Of a stretch of 64,000 bases of DNA, positions 12,901 through 25,600 are shown in pieces. Every line of letters starts with the position of its first letter. Within the stretch, counting starts at the first letter, position 1. Source of the stretch: Azolla caroliniana (lineage: Eukaryota; Plantae; Polypodiophyta); contig JBHGNT010000018.1 of NCBI GenBank assembly GCA_043228905.1, positions 5,518,001-5,582,000 of the forward strand. The letters run 5' to 3'. The position numbers and the translations under genes were made by a program. The notes beneath the pieces were generated by a model. That model did no database searches. It saw only the letters and a program-made list of their open reading frames with translations, and was not told the DNA's origin.

Positions 12901-13968
12901 GGTTGGTGTTGACAGCCACACGTCTCCTATGCCGATAATTCGGCATGTACCTTCATTCCCCATCCGGACACAGCCGTGGTCACTGGCTGAGTAGGATGAG
13001 AAGCATTTCCGGTCCTGGGTAAGGTGGAACGACGCTTCGGAGTCTACCACCCAGGTCATCTCGTCGCCGGCAAGGTTTATTTCACTCTCCTCGGTGATGA
13101 GCATCAACTCTTCTTCGCTTGCCGCGATTGCCGTCGTTCCCTTCCGGTCCGGCCCCCTCCGGTCTTTACCGTTCCGGTCCGGGGTTTGCTTTGAGTCTGT
13201 ACCGTCGGTTTCCTTGTCTTTACGGAAATGCCGACAGTTCTTTTGGAAGTGTCTCGGCTTGCCGCAATAGAAGCAAGTAGGCCTCCCCCTTGACTTTGAC
13301 CGTGTCCCCGACTTCTCCCGGTTCTGGGGACTACGGTTTCTGTGTCTTCCGCGTTCTGATTCGGTAAGGAGCGCTTTGGAGTCGGAGCTCGTATCTTTAT
13401 CCTTCCGACGCGCCTCCTCATCTAGCAAGCTCGACTTTACTCTTGCTAGGGATAACCGCTTTCCTTCCAACCCGGCGTTGCCCAAAGTGACAACCAACAT
13501 CTCCCAGCTATCCGGGAGGGAACCGAGCAGGAGTAGTGCTAGTACCTCGTCGGCAAGAGGTACTTCCAATGACGTTGCCTGGTGGATCAGCCCCTGGAAG
13601 GCATTCATGTGCTCCGCCATGCTGGAGCCATCTTGGTACCAGAGTCTTACTAGCTTCCGGAATACAGAAACTTGGTTAACAACATTTTTGTTTTGGAACA
13701 TTATGCCGATCTTCTCCCAGAGCTCATGAGCCTTGCTCTCTTCATTGAAGTTGTTGTACAGGCTCATGTCGATGAAGCACCGTATGTATGCCGTTGTCTT
13801 CATGTGCATCACCTCCCATATCGCGCCGTCGATTTTGTCCGGTCTCTTGTCCCCGAACTGAACCGGCAGCCAGAGGTCTTTAACAACGAGCATGTCCCTA
13901 ATCTTCGACTTCCACACTGAATAGTTGGAGCCGGTGAGCTTGAACATGCCGCCAAACGATTCGTCCAT
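9924..13968 (-). pseudogene. Copia B gag-pol polyprotein (stops near 12526, 12151 and 10638; 1-nt insertion frameshift near 11880)
   Basis: Continuous gag, PR (WVVDSEASFH), INT, RT (YVDDML) and RH (STTEAEY, RTKHI) motifs across the ORF-track fragments. Confidence 0.9.
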
Positions 13969-16900
13969 TTTCTGTGTCGATTTTGCTCTGATACCAATTG
14001 ACGAGAAACCAACGTTCCTTATGCGCAACGCTCGGCCACAACTGAGCTTAGAATGATACACAGAAAAAAAAACGAGAAATAGAACACGACACAAAGAAGA
14101 AGAGAAGTGGTACACAGGAGGTTTACGTGGAAAACCCCAAACTAAGGGAAAAAACCACGGCAGCCCACAGGCTGCAAACTGTCACTATGTATGAATGTAC
14201 AAAACAGTGAGTTCACAGAGGCAACGACCTCGGACTCACGCTCTTCGCCACAGGTGGCGGTTACAACAGAGGCAGTGACCTGTTTCTCTCTCTCTCTCTC
14301 TCTATATAACGTTACGTGCTGTCTCTGCTTCTTGCACCAACAAGAAAAATAACAACAACATAATATTAGTTTGCCCTAAGTCATATTTATACTAATATGA
14401 CTTTTCGGCTATTTACAAATATAGCCACAATGGGCTCTCAGAAACATATTCACGAATGTCTCTACCTCCGGTTCATACCGGGCCTACACCATCTGGCTCT
14501 CCGTAGCCGGGTACTCCTCATCCGGTTCATACCGGGCCTGCACCATCCGGTTCTCCGTACCCGAGTACTCCTCATCCGGTTCACACCGGGTCTGTATCAT
14601 CCGGCTCTTCGTAGCCGAGTACTCCTCATACCGTTTCGGCACTTCCAATCCGCCTCGGCCGAGTCTGTTCGTCGGCATTGTTCTTCTCCCTTCCAATCCG
14701 GAGGGACCTGTCTCCCAACACTTGGTTCATCAACATCCTCACGGTTTTCGTCTTGTTGGGAAGCATCTCCATATGTAGCATCTTTGGTCGTAGGAATCGG
14801 GTCAAAATCTATAAGCCCACCATCTACTTGAGTGTTGGATCCTTTGACCTTTTCAATATCTTCGATAGTTTAATCCTCAACAAATACCACATCACGACTT
14901 CGAATAAGCTTCCTTCCTATTGGGTCATAACATCTGTAACCAAACTCATCTTGGCCATAACCAATAAAAATATATTCTTTAGATTTACCATCTAACTTAG
15001 ACCGTTCATCTTTAGGTATATGTACAAAACATTTACACCCAAACACACATAAATGATCATATGAAACATTCTTACCATACCATACTCTATTAGGAACGTC
15101 GCCCTGCAATGCAACAGTAGGAGATAGGTTAATAACATATGCAACGGTACTCAAAGCCTCACCCCAAAAAGATTTGGATAACTTCGCATCCGAGAGCAAG
15201 CATCAAACTCTTTCAACTAGAGTTTTATTCATCCTTTTCGCCAAGCCATTTAGTTGTGGGGTTTTTGGTGGTGTCCTTTGATGCTTAATCCCGTGCTCTT
15301 GACAACATGCATCGAAAGCTCCAAGGTATTCCCCACCATTGCGGTGCGAATGCATTTTAGCTTTTTTCTTGTCTCTCTTTCTACAAAAGCATGAAATTCT
15401 TTAAACACATTAAATACTTGGTCCTTAAGTTTTCATTGTTCGAATCCAAAGTTTCCTAGAATAGTCATCAATAAAAGTAACGAAATAGAGTGCACCACCT
15501 ATTGATTTTACCTTTAAAGGACCACAAAAATCTGAATGTACCAACTCAAGTACCTCTTCCTTTCTTGAAGAAGAATGTTGTTTGAACACGACTCTTCTTT
15601 GCTTTCCTACCACACGGTGATTGCACATGTCTAACTTAGAATCTTTTAGACCCGGAAGCAAGCTTTTCTTTGCTAGGCAATCAAGCCCTTTCTCACTAAT
15701 ATGAGACAACCTTTTATGCCATAATTCTGACATATTGTTGCTTTCCGCTGCATTCCCAAGATTAGTAGAGATAGATGCTTGTAATAAATACAAACTAGAG
15801 CATTTCTTACCACGAGCTACAACCAATGAGCCCTTAGTAAGTTTCCATTGTCCCTCACTGAAGATGTTGCAATAGCCATCATCATCTAATCTGCCGATTG
15901 AGATAAGATGTAAACGAATATCGGGTACATTTCTTACCTCCTTGAGAATCAACTTTGAACCTGTGTTGGTTTCCAAACAAATAGTCCCGATGCCTACCAC
16001 CTTTGAAAGACCATCATTGCCCATCTTCACAAGTCCGAAATCCCCTAAAGCATAAGAAGTAAAAAACTCCCTTCTAGATGTGACATGGAACGATGCTCCA
16101 CTATCAACAACCCAATTCGTTTCATTGTGAGCAAGATTAATTACGTTTTCATCATAGACAACAAGTAAATCATTTGAGGAAGTTGTATTAACACGATTAG
16201 AATTATCATCGTTACCTTTGTTTTCATGCTCACCGTTAGATCTGTGGTTCTACTTTTTACACTTGTAACAATACCTCTTTATGTGTCCTGTTTTACCACA
16301 AAAATGACATTCTAGATTTTTATACCTTGGTTTTGATTTACTTCTACTCCTCCCTCGGTTGTTTTGACCTTGGATTGTATGCTTATTCCTCCCTCTCTCA
16401 ACCATCAAGACCTCCGAATGTGAGGATGTCCCTTGCGTCCTTCGTCTCATTTGCTCATTTAGAACGCCGCTCTTGACATATTCCGTAGTTACAATTCCAT
16501 TTGGGGCTGCATTAGTTAGAGATACCCTAAAAGTTTCCCATGAGTTAGGGAGAGTGTTTAACCACCATAATGCATTAATCTCATCATCAAATTTCACTCC
16601 CATACCAAAAAGTTGGTCAAAACATCCTTGAAATTCATTTAGATGATCTAAAATGGAACTACCTTCTTTATACACTAAATGCATTGCTTGTTCAAGCCAA
16701 AATAACTTATTGTTACGTGTCTTTGATGCATACAATGTTTCGAGTTTATTCCATAGAGCTTTAGCATTAGTTTCATTCACAATATGGTTTAAGACATTGT
16801 CTCCCACCCATTGTTGAATAAAATCACATACCTGTTGATTCTCGAAAAGCCCATTCCTCGGCAGTTTGGCTCTCCGGTTTAACATCTGCAAAAACAGGTA

Positions 16901-18214
16901 AGTGTAGATTTTTCATAAAAAGAAGATCTTTCATCTTACGTTTCCATTTGTGATAGTTGGTGCCGTTCAAGCAAACCATTGTGGAAAAATTTGCCTCCAT
17001 AAGAAGTGCTCAACCTTTGCTCTAATACCACTTGTTCCGAAACTTAATAGCACTTAAACACTTATGTAAAACAGAAAATATGTTGTGCAAGATTTAAAAG
17101 AAAGCAAGAAAGATACACAACAAATCAATACACAATACACCACAAAATTTTAACGTGGAAAACCCTCAAAGAGGTAAAAACCATGAGACCTAGCCTAGAA
17201 CTAATTCACTATCAATATAAATCTGATACACCAAAGTTCTACTCTAAACAAGTTAGAGTACTATGAGCAATCGAGGAATATGATGTTTCCTCAAAAATAA
17301 AAACTCAACAAAAAGGAGCACAAAAACCACCAAAACTCAGAACACGTGGCTGATGACGGAGGCGACGATGTCCGGATGTTTGAGTGTGTTGGTGTACTTG
17401 AGAAAGATTCAAGGAATCAGCTAAGAAAGAGAGTATGGGCTCTCTGAAATCTGTTTTTCTCTGTTGCTGCAGAGAAATGCTCATTTTTCCCTTTTTAACA
17501 CACTCAAAAAGAATGAGTTACATAGTGTAGATATGTAACGTCTTCTTGTGTGAAACCCTTTCATACTATTTTAAAAAAATACAAGTTTTGGGCGTCCAAG
17601 GCCCATTTTATTTACTTATTAATGTGAACAGAAAAACCTAACACTATGTTGCGTTGTCTATTCAGTGGCAACTATTTTGTACCTTCATGCATTGGCTTGA
17701 TAAGTTGCATGACCCCTTCTCTCAGCAATGTGTGACACCAAATCTCTCTCTCACACACTCTCTCTCTTACTTGTCTAATACAATCGTGTGATGAATAAAG
17801 AAAGTAGATTCAATCAACAAAACAAATGGATTACAATAGGTTTAAGAATACAAGGTTAAATATAATCCACTTTCAATTACAATAAGAAAACCCTTTTGAC
17901 ATATGGTGTAACAATCTAAGGTGAGAATATAAAATAAGTGGACTAGGGGGAAGATATTTGAGTTTCGTAGCCCAAGCTTTGGGTGATGGCTATTCGCCTC
18001 TTGTTGATGTTGCTTTCCACCTCTCATTTTTTATCTTCTCCCCTTTGAGTGTCTTCTTCTTCTTTATTGTGATGCGGTGTGTGCAAAGGAAGAAAAATTC
18101 CTAAAAGCCATGTTTTATAGTAGTTTAAGATGATAAAGGTAGGACCACGGGGGCCTTGAACTAAGGAGCGTAAGAAGAGAAAGAAGAATAAGGAGGTTGG
18201 TAAGGGGTATAGAC

Positions 18215-21200
18215 TGTTAGATATCCAGACGCACAGGACACCACCGGCTCGGCCGGGATCGGAGCAACACATTAGATGATCAACAAGACGGGTACCAACA
18301 ATTGATTAGGGAAACAGAGAAATGACAGCCAGCTCAACTGGGAGCTGAGCTATGAGCTCAGCGAACAACACACGCGCACGGGTATCGAAATACAGTGTGG
18401 AGCCTCTATCGGGAGCTAACGGGCTTCCTACGTGAGCAAAGACATCTAACCAAAGAAACACCGACAAAAGATAAGAAATCTGAGCGCTCGATTCCCAATC
18501 CGACAAATTCATATTCATAAATATTCATAAATATGTTTCCTGAGAGTCCATCAAGGCTATATTTGTAAATAGACGAAAAGTCATATTTATACTAATATGA
18601 CTTAGGGCAAACTCTTTCATATGCATAGTTGTCATTCTTGTTGGCGCAAGATTAGACAGTGTAATTGTGTACAGAGAGAGTGAGAGAGAGGAAAAGGTCG
18701 TTGCCTCTGTTGTAACCGCCGCCTGTGGCGAAGATAGCAAGCTCGAGGTCGTTGCTTCGGTGCTTACTATTGTACATTCAGATATAGTGATAGTTTGCAG
18801 TCTGTGGGTTGCCATGGTTTTTCCCCTCTTTGGGTTTTCCACGTAAACATCCTATGCACTCTTCTCTCCATTTTGTCGTGCATTCATTCCCTGTTTTCTG
18901 TGTTTGATTCTAAACTCGGTTGCGGCCGAGCGTTGTTCATCGAGAGCGTGTAGTTCTTGACAAAGTGGTATCAGAGCGAAACGACACAGAAAAATGGACA
19001 ATTCGTTGGGAGGCATGTTCAAGCTCACCGGCTCCAACTATTCGGTGTGGAAGTCAAAGATGAGGGACATGCTCGTGGTTAAAGATCTTTGGCTTCCGGT
19101 TCAGTTCGGGGACAAGAGACCGGACAAAATCGACGCCACGATATGGGAGGTGATGCACATGAAGACAACGGCGTACATACGATGCTTCATCGACATGAGC
19201 CTATAAAACAACTTCAATGAAAAGAGCAAGGCTCATGAGCTCTAGAAGAAGATTGGCATTATGTTTCAGAACAAAAATGTTGTTAATCAGGTTTCGGTAT
19301 TCCGGAACCTAGTAAGACTCTGGTACCAAGATGGCTCCAGCATGGCGGAGCACATGAATGCCTTCCAGGGGCTGATACACCAAGCAACATCATTAGAAGT
19401 CCCTCTCGCCGATGAGGTACTAGCGCTACTCCTACTCGGTTCCCTTCCAAATAGCTGGGAGACGTTGGTTGTCACTTTGGGCAACGCCGGGCCGGAAGGG
19501 AAACAATTATCCCTAGCAAGTCTTAGAGTGAAATCGAGCTTGCTAGATGAGGAGGCGCGTCGGAAAGATAAGGATACGAGCTCCGACTCCAAAGCGCTCC
19601 TTACCGAATCGGAACGCAGAAGACAAAGGAACCATAGTCCCCAGAACCGGGAAAAGTCGGGGACACGGTCAAAGTCAAGGGGGAGGCCTACTTGCTTCTA
19701 TTGCGGCAAGCCGGGACACTTCCAGAAGAACTGTTGGCACTTCCGAAAAGACAAGTAAACCGACAGTACCAATTCGAAGCAGACACCAGACCGGAACGGT
19801 AAAGACCGGAGGGGAACGGACCGGAAGGGAACAACGGCAATCGCGGCAAGTGAAGAAAGTTGGATCCAAAGACTCAGCCATGCATATTCCTCGGTTACGG
19901 TGACGATGAGTTCGGCTACCGAGTGTGGGACCTGGTCGACAAGAAGGTATTCCGGAGTCGAGATATTATCTTCATGGAGGACAAAACGCTCGCCGACTGG
20001 GAGTCGGAGAAGAAGTTAATGAACTCCGAGTCGACCGGTAAGGATCGATTCTACGATGAGTAGACCCAACCGGCAAGAGACCGGTTAGCACTCGAGGAAC
20101 CAGCCGGTTATGGTGAGGATACCGAACCGGCAGAAGAAGAAGCAGAGGAAGCTGAAACCAGAACCGGCCAAGACCCCGAATCGGATTCGGATGAAGATCA
20201 AATAGTGCAGCCGGTTGCCGAAGGCCAAAGACGGAGATATCCTCTCAGAGAGAGAAGGCCCCCCTAAAGATTTCCGGATTCAAAACATGTGTTGCTGAGC
20301 GATGAGGGAGAGCCGGAAAGCTTCGAAGAAGCGAAGGATGACACCCACAGCCGCAAATGGTTAAGTGCCATGCAAGATGAGATGGATTCCCTGCATGAGA
20401 ACCATACGTATGAATTGGTGGAGTTGCCGCAAGGAAAGCGGGCACTCCGAAATAAGTGGGTGTACAAGTTGAAACCGGGAGATGCCGGCAACCCCTCGAG
20501 ATGCAAAGCCAGGATCGTGGTGAAGGGGTTCCAGCAGAAGAAGGGCGTGGACTTCGACGAGATATTTGCCCCGGTAGTAAAGATGACCTCTATCCGGACG
20601 GTGCTGAGTATAGCGGCAAGCATGGACCTCGAGGTAGAGCAGCTGGACGTGAAGACGACATTCCTTCACGGTGACCTCGAAGAGGAGATCTACATGCAGC
20701 AACCGGAAGGATTCGTGGAGCAAGGGAAGGAGCACCTGGTATGCTGGTTGAAGAAGAGCCTGTACGGACTGAAGCAGGCACCCCGACAATGGTACCGGAA
20801 GTTCGACTCCTTCATGACCAATCAAGGGTACCAAAAGACGCAGGCCGATCACTATGTGTTTGTGAAGAAGTTCAAAGGAGCCGACTTCCTGATACTCCTT
20901 CTGTATGTGGATGACATGTTGATTGTCAGACAGGACCAAGCCAGAATTCGGATGCTGAAGAAGGCGCTCAATCGAACATTCGCAATGAAAGACTTGGGTC
21001 CGGCAAGACAGATGTTGGGGATGCATATCATCCGGAACCGGCCAACGAAGGAATTGTGGCTGTCACAAGAGAAGTACGTGACAAAGGTGCTTCAGCGGTT
21101 CAACATGTCAGAAGCGAAACCGATCGGATTGACACTCCCGGGAAACTGCAGATTATCCGGTAAGCAAAGCCCGATGACGAAAGCAGAGAAGGCTGATATG

Positions 21201-22622
21201 ATAAAGGTTCCATATGCCTCTGCCGTCGGGAGCTTGATGTACGCAATGGTTTGTACTCGGCCGGATATTGGATACGCAGTCGAAGTGGTGAGCCGGTTTA
21301 TGAGCAATCTCGGCAAGGAGCACTGGAATGCGGTCAAATGGATACTCCGGTACTTGAAGGGCACTTCAAATATGTTTCTCCGATTCGGATCCGGAAAACC
21401 TAAATTTGACAATTTTACCGATTCGGAAATGTCGGCTGATGTGGATACCAGCCGGTCTACATCCGGGTATGTAATGACATATGCAAGGGGAGTTGTTTCG
21501 TGGCAGTCGAGGTTGCAGAAGACGGTTGCGTTGTCAACCACGGAGGCGGAGTACATGGCGGATGTGGAAGCCGGCAAGGAAATATTATGGATGAAGGACT
21601 TCATCGGAGAGCTCGATATCCGGCAAGATAAATACCGGCTCTATTGCGACAGTCAAAGTGCCATCCACCTTGCTAAGAATGTGGCCTACCATTCCCGGAC
21701 AAAGCATATCCAGCGAAGGTATCACTGGATCGAGGAAAGAGTAGATGACCAGGAGTTCGCGCTGACGAAGATCCACACGGCCGAGAACGGGTCAGATATG
21801 TTGACCAAAGTACTGATACCCGACAAGCTGGATGCATGCCAGAAGCGGATCGGACTAGTAAGACATCCCATGCTGGAGTGAAGGGGGAGTTTGTTAGGAA
21901 ACAGGTCCCTCCGGATAGGAAGTAAGAAGAACAGTACTGATGAGCAAACTCGGCCGAGTACAATAGGCCGAGGCCAAAACCGGATGTGGAGTACCCGGCA
22001 ACGGAAGACCCGGTGAGAACCGGATGAGTAGTACCCGGCTAGAGCCGGATGGTGAAGACCCGGTGAGAACCGGAAGAGGAGTACCCGGCTACGGAAGACC
22101 TGGTGAGAACCGGATGAGGAGTACCCGGCTAGAGCCGGATGGTGAAGGCCCGGTGAGAAGTGCTTACCGGATGAAGGGACATATTCATAAATATGTTTCC
22201 TGAGAGTCCATCGGGGCTATATTTGTAAATAGTCGAAAAGTCATATTAGTATAAATATGACTTAGGGCAAACTCTTTCATATGCGTAGTTGTCATTATTG
22301 TTGGCGCAAGATTAGAGAGTGTAACTGTGTACAGAGAGAGTGAGAGAGAGGAAGAGGTCGTTGCCTCTGTTGTAACCGCCGCATGTGGCGAAGATAGCAA
22401 GCTCGAGGTCGTTGCTTCAGTGCTTACTATTGTACATTCTGATATAGTGATAGTTTGCAGTCTGTGGGCTGCCGTGGTTTTTCCCCTCTTTGGGTTTTCC
22501 ACGTAAACATCCTGTGCACTCTTCTCTCCATTTTGTCGTGCATTCATTCCCCGTTTTCTGTGTTTGATTCTAAACTCGGTTGCGGCCAAGCATTGTTCAT
22601 CGAGAGCGTGTAGTTCTTGACA
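18215..22622 (+). mobile_element. Internally deleted Copia element C (relative of B) with discordant U3 regions
   Basis: 5' LTR ends at 18962, PBS-iMet at 18966-18977, gag from 18994 with stops, PR and INT core missing, PPT at 21881-21889, 3' LTR 21892-22622. The 5' start at 18215 is tentative and there is no clean TSD. Confidence 0.8.
20289..21881 (+). CDS. Open Copia RT-RNase H frame of element C (530 aa)
   Basis: KWVYKLK, LYGLKQAPRQW, YVDDML, STTEAEY and HSRTKHI motifs. Confidence 0.8.
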   Translation: MLLSDEGEPESFEEAKDDTHSRKWLSAMQDEMDSLHENHTYELVELPQGKRALRNKWVYKLKPGDAGNPSRCKARIVVKGFQQKKGVDFDEIFAPVVKMTSIRTVLSIAASMDLEVEQLDVKTTFLHGDLEEEIYMQQPEGFVEQGKEHLVCWLKKSLYGLKQAPRQWYRKFDSFMTNQGYQKTQADHYVFVKKFKGADFLILLLYVDDMLIVRQDQARIRMLKKALNRTFAMKDLGPARQMLGMHIIRNRPTKELWLSQEKYVTKVLQRFNMSEAKPIGLTLPGNCRLSGKQSPMTKAEKADMIKVPYASAVGSLMYAMVCTRPDIGYAVEVVSRFMSNLGKEHWNAVKWILRYLKGTSNMFLRFGSGKPKFDNFTDSEMSADVDTSRSTSGYVMTYARGVVSWQSRLQKTVALSTTEAEYMADVEAGKEILWMKDFIGELDIRQDKYRLYCDSQSAIHLAKNVAYHSRTKHIQRRYHWIEERVDDQEFALTKIHTAENGSDMLTKVLIPDKLDACQKRIGLVRHPMLE

Positions 22623-25600
22623 GGACGGGGCTGTTACATCATGTAGTTATTCCCTGCCACCTCAAATAGAGATTCGTTTAGGTTTATTCACTATTTTATT
22701 CGTCCTATTAATGTGTTCTTACATCACGCGACCTAAACTTAGTCCTAGGTTATTTACAAGCATATAGTACAACTTCCTTGCATCCGTGCACGTGGTTGTT
22801 CATGCACCTTTGGTCCTTTTTCCCCTTGTAGCCGGTTTTCCTCACGACATCCACCCCCACCAAATCGCACATCCACCGATATGTGCCGAGAGAGAGACAG
22901 AGAGACAGAGAGACAGAGAGAGAGAGAGACAGAGAGAATCTGGTCGCGTGTTACTCGTCATCCTCCGACCCATCGACACCCCCGTCTTCATCCGTTCTTT
23001 CCGGGTCATCATCCCTGCCCATGCGGTCCGGGTCCGGCTCGTCCTCGTACCGCTTCTTGAAAGCCTTGATCTGCTTTCCCGCAACCGGTACCACTATTCT
23101 GCGAGATGGTACGTGGCGTTGTCGTTCGCGCTCATTACCACGTAAGGCCTGAACCATCTCCTCGTGAATTTCCGCGTTGCTTTATGTTGGTTGTCAAGGT
23201 TGATGTTGAATTCCAATACTAGTCACCTTCCTTGATCTTCTTCAATCTTAGCCGGTGCGTTCGGTTGAATTGGTCCTTGTTCTTCTCCCACGCCGCGTAC
23301 AACTTTGCTTTTCCCCCCTCTCTACGTCCTCCGGCCTCCGCTCAAGATGGCGAATCCTCGCCACCAACAGCTCCTCCCGGCTCATTTCACCCGTCCAATC
23401 AGTCGTTGCCCATGAAGAGATTGTGTGTTCCACCGGCATGATCAGCTTTTGCCCGTACATGAGTTCCGCCGGCATGAACCCAGTCACTGAACTGTGCGTA
23501 GTTCGGTCGGCCCACAATGCGTAAGGTAGGAGCCATGGCCATTTCCCGATTTGCCCTTTGCACGCCCATACTAGTGCCTTCACGATTGGTTCGTGTCTGC
23601 GCTCCACTTTCCTGTTCACCTCCAGATTGTATGTCGTAGTGAGAGAGAGCTTAACCCCGAACCGGCCGAACAGCTCTTCGGCTTCTCGCACATCCAGCTC
23701 CCCTCGATCTGCTACAATCTTCCCTATGCATCCGTATCGGCAAATCACCTCTTGAATCAGGAACTAGCATACGGCCGCAATCGTCTTGTTCTCCAGTGCT
23801 CGGCCCTCCACCTGGTTCGTTAGGTCTTCTCGTGCTAGCACCAAGTATCACATTTGCCCCATCCCCATCGGCATCATTACTAAATCCACCATCCATTTGA
23901 AATGAACAGTCAGCGGTAGGTTGAGTGCAACTCGTCCCTATGGCGGATTGCATCTGACAGCTCTCGCAGGTCATCACGAAACGGTGCGTGTCACGGTAAA
24001 TTCCCGACCACCAATACTTCTCCTTCAGCTTCTCAAATGTGGCCCACGTCCCATGGTGTCTGGACCAAAGGCGCCCGTGGTACTTCGACAACAGTGCCAT
24101 CTACTCTTCCCTTCTTAACACTACGCGGAGCAGAATGCCGCTACGCTTCTTCGGGTGCTTCCATATACTCCCATTCCGCAAGAAGAAACGATATGCCTTC
24201 TTCCGGATACGGCTCACTTCGTCTTCGTCCACGTCGCGTCTGGTGTCAACGTGTCAACATCCTCAAGAATCTACCAATCCAGAGCCACTCCCCCTCATAC
24301 TTGTTCTCGTTAAACTCGTTTAGTGCCAGAGTGCTCCTCCCCTTTGTCGTCACTTGAGCCGACTCGAAGAAGTCTACGCCAACTTCTTCGTCTTCCAATA
24401 CCATGCCGTCTTCGTCGTCAAACCACGCTCTTGAGAGCATATCGGCCATGGCATTGTCTTTCCCGGAGATGTGCCGTATCTCTGGATTCAGGGACTTAAT
24501 GTACGCGATCCACCTAAGCATAGCTTGGTCCGGGGTCGCGCATCCGGAAACCATACCGAGGATTGGTAGGCAGTTCGTCTCGAGTACTACCTCTGTCCCG
24601 ATCAAATAATCATTATCGGCCTTGACCGCCAAAACGACACCCCAAAGTTCGCGCTTAACTTGTTGTCGCTCACTCAATACTTTCGATCTTAATCGGATGG
24701 GGAAACTCGTGCCGTCCGCATCTTCCAGATTGACCACCCACCTGATTCCAGTCGGACTCGTGTCCACCGTCACGTAAATTGGGGTACCTTTCCCGTAGAC
24801 AGCCTTCCTAAAGGCCAGTGCTGCAGTCGGCGCTTCCTTCAGCCTCTGGACCAATTCCGCGTGCTCGTCTTTCCATTCAAACTTATGGCCCTTCTTCAGC
24901 AGTCCGTAGAGCAGCTCCGTGACGTGTGCATAATGCGAAATCCAAATATGGTAAAACGCGCACTCTGCTAGGAACCTTTGGACTTCCGTGACCGACTTGC
25001 ATTCTCCCTTCATCACAGAGATAGCCTATACCTTCGCCGGAGACGGTTTCTGGCCATATGGCCCACACAAGTGCCCAACCACCAAGATTTCGGATTGCCC
25101 GAAAGCCGACTTCTCTTTGGAGAAGGTGAGCCGAGCACCCTCGAGCCACTGCAGTACCTTCTCGTAGTCGTTGATATGATCCGCCATAAACCTCCAGCAT
25201 CCGCCCGGTCCGACTGATTCATCCTTCTCCTCCACCAGACATCCCTTGATCGGGATGTCGTCCAAAAACGACATGGTAATGTCTAGGATGCAGTCCCTCA
25301 GTACCTTGTTCATCACGTTCATCATGTGCGCTACCTAGTTGGTCCCTCCTTGCGGAAGGGTACACATCCGCATTAAGCCGAGAGGGGTCCGCATCGTCGT
25401 GATATCCCTACTCTGATCGTACCCCGAGTACAAGTCATTAGCCGAATAGATCGACCTTCCAACGAAGGCCTCCACGAACTCATCAATAGTCAGCCCGATC
25501 CATGCGTTCTGAATGGTCACTTTATTGACCGACTGCAGGTCTTGAATGAAGCGCAAGGTGTCGTTGTCGTGAAGATTTCCGGCTATGGTGTGAAACCGGG

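Larger units (their letters stand above)
9184..14720 (-). mobile_element. Full-length Copia element B
   Basis: LTRs 9184-9913 and 13999-14720, TSD CTTGG, PBS-iMet at 13985-13996, PPT at 9914-9925. Confidence 0.95.
1093..17643 (-). mobile_element. Degenerate Tnt1-like Copia element A, split by three insertions. Own segments are 1093-2087, 8900-9183 and 14721-17643; 5' LTR about 17033-17643
   Basis: gag with CHFCGKTGHIKRYC knuckle, GAG-pre-integrase (LWHKRLSH), integrase (VHSDFCGP, FIDDYSRK), RT (KARLVVKGF, YVDDML, PYSSAIGSL). PBS TGGTATTAGAGC at 17019-17030, ATG at 17000. Many stops and frameshifts. Confidence 0.85.
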
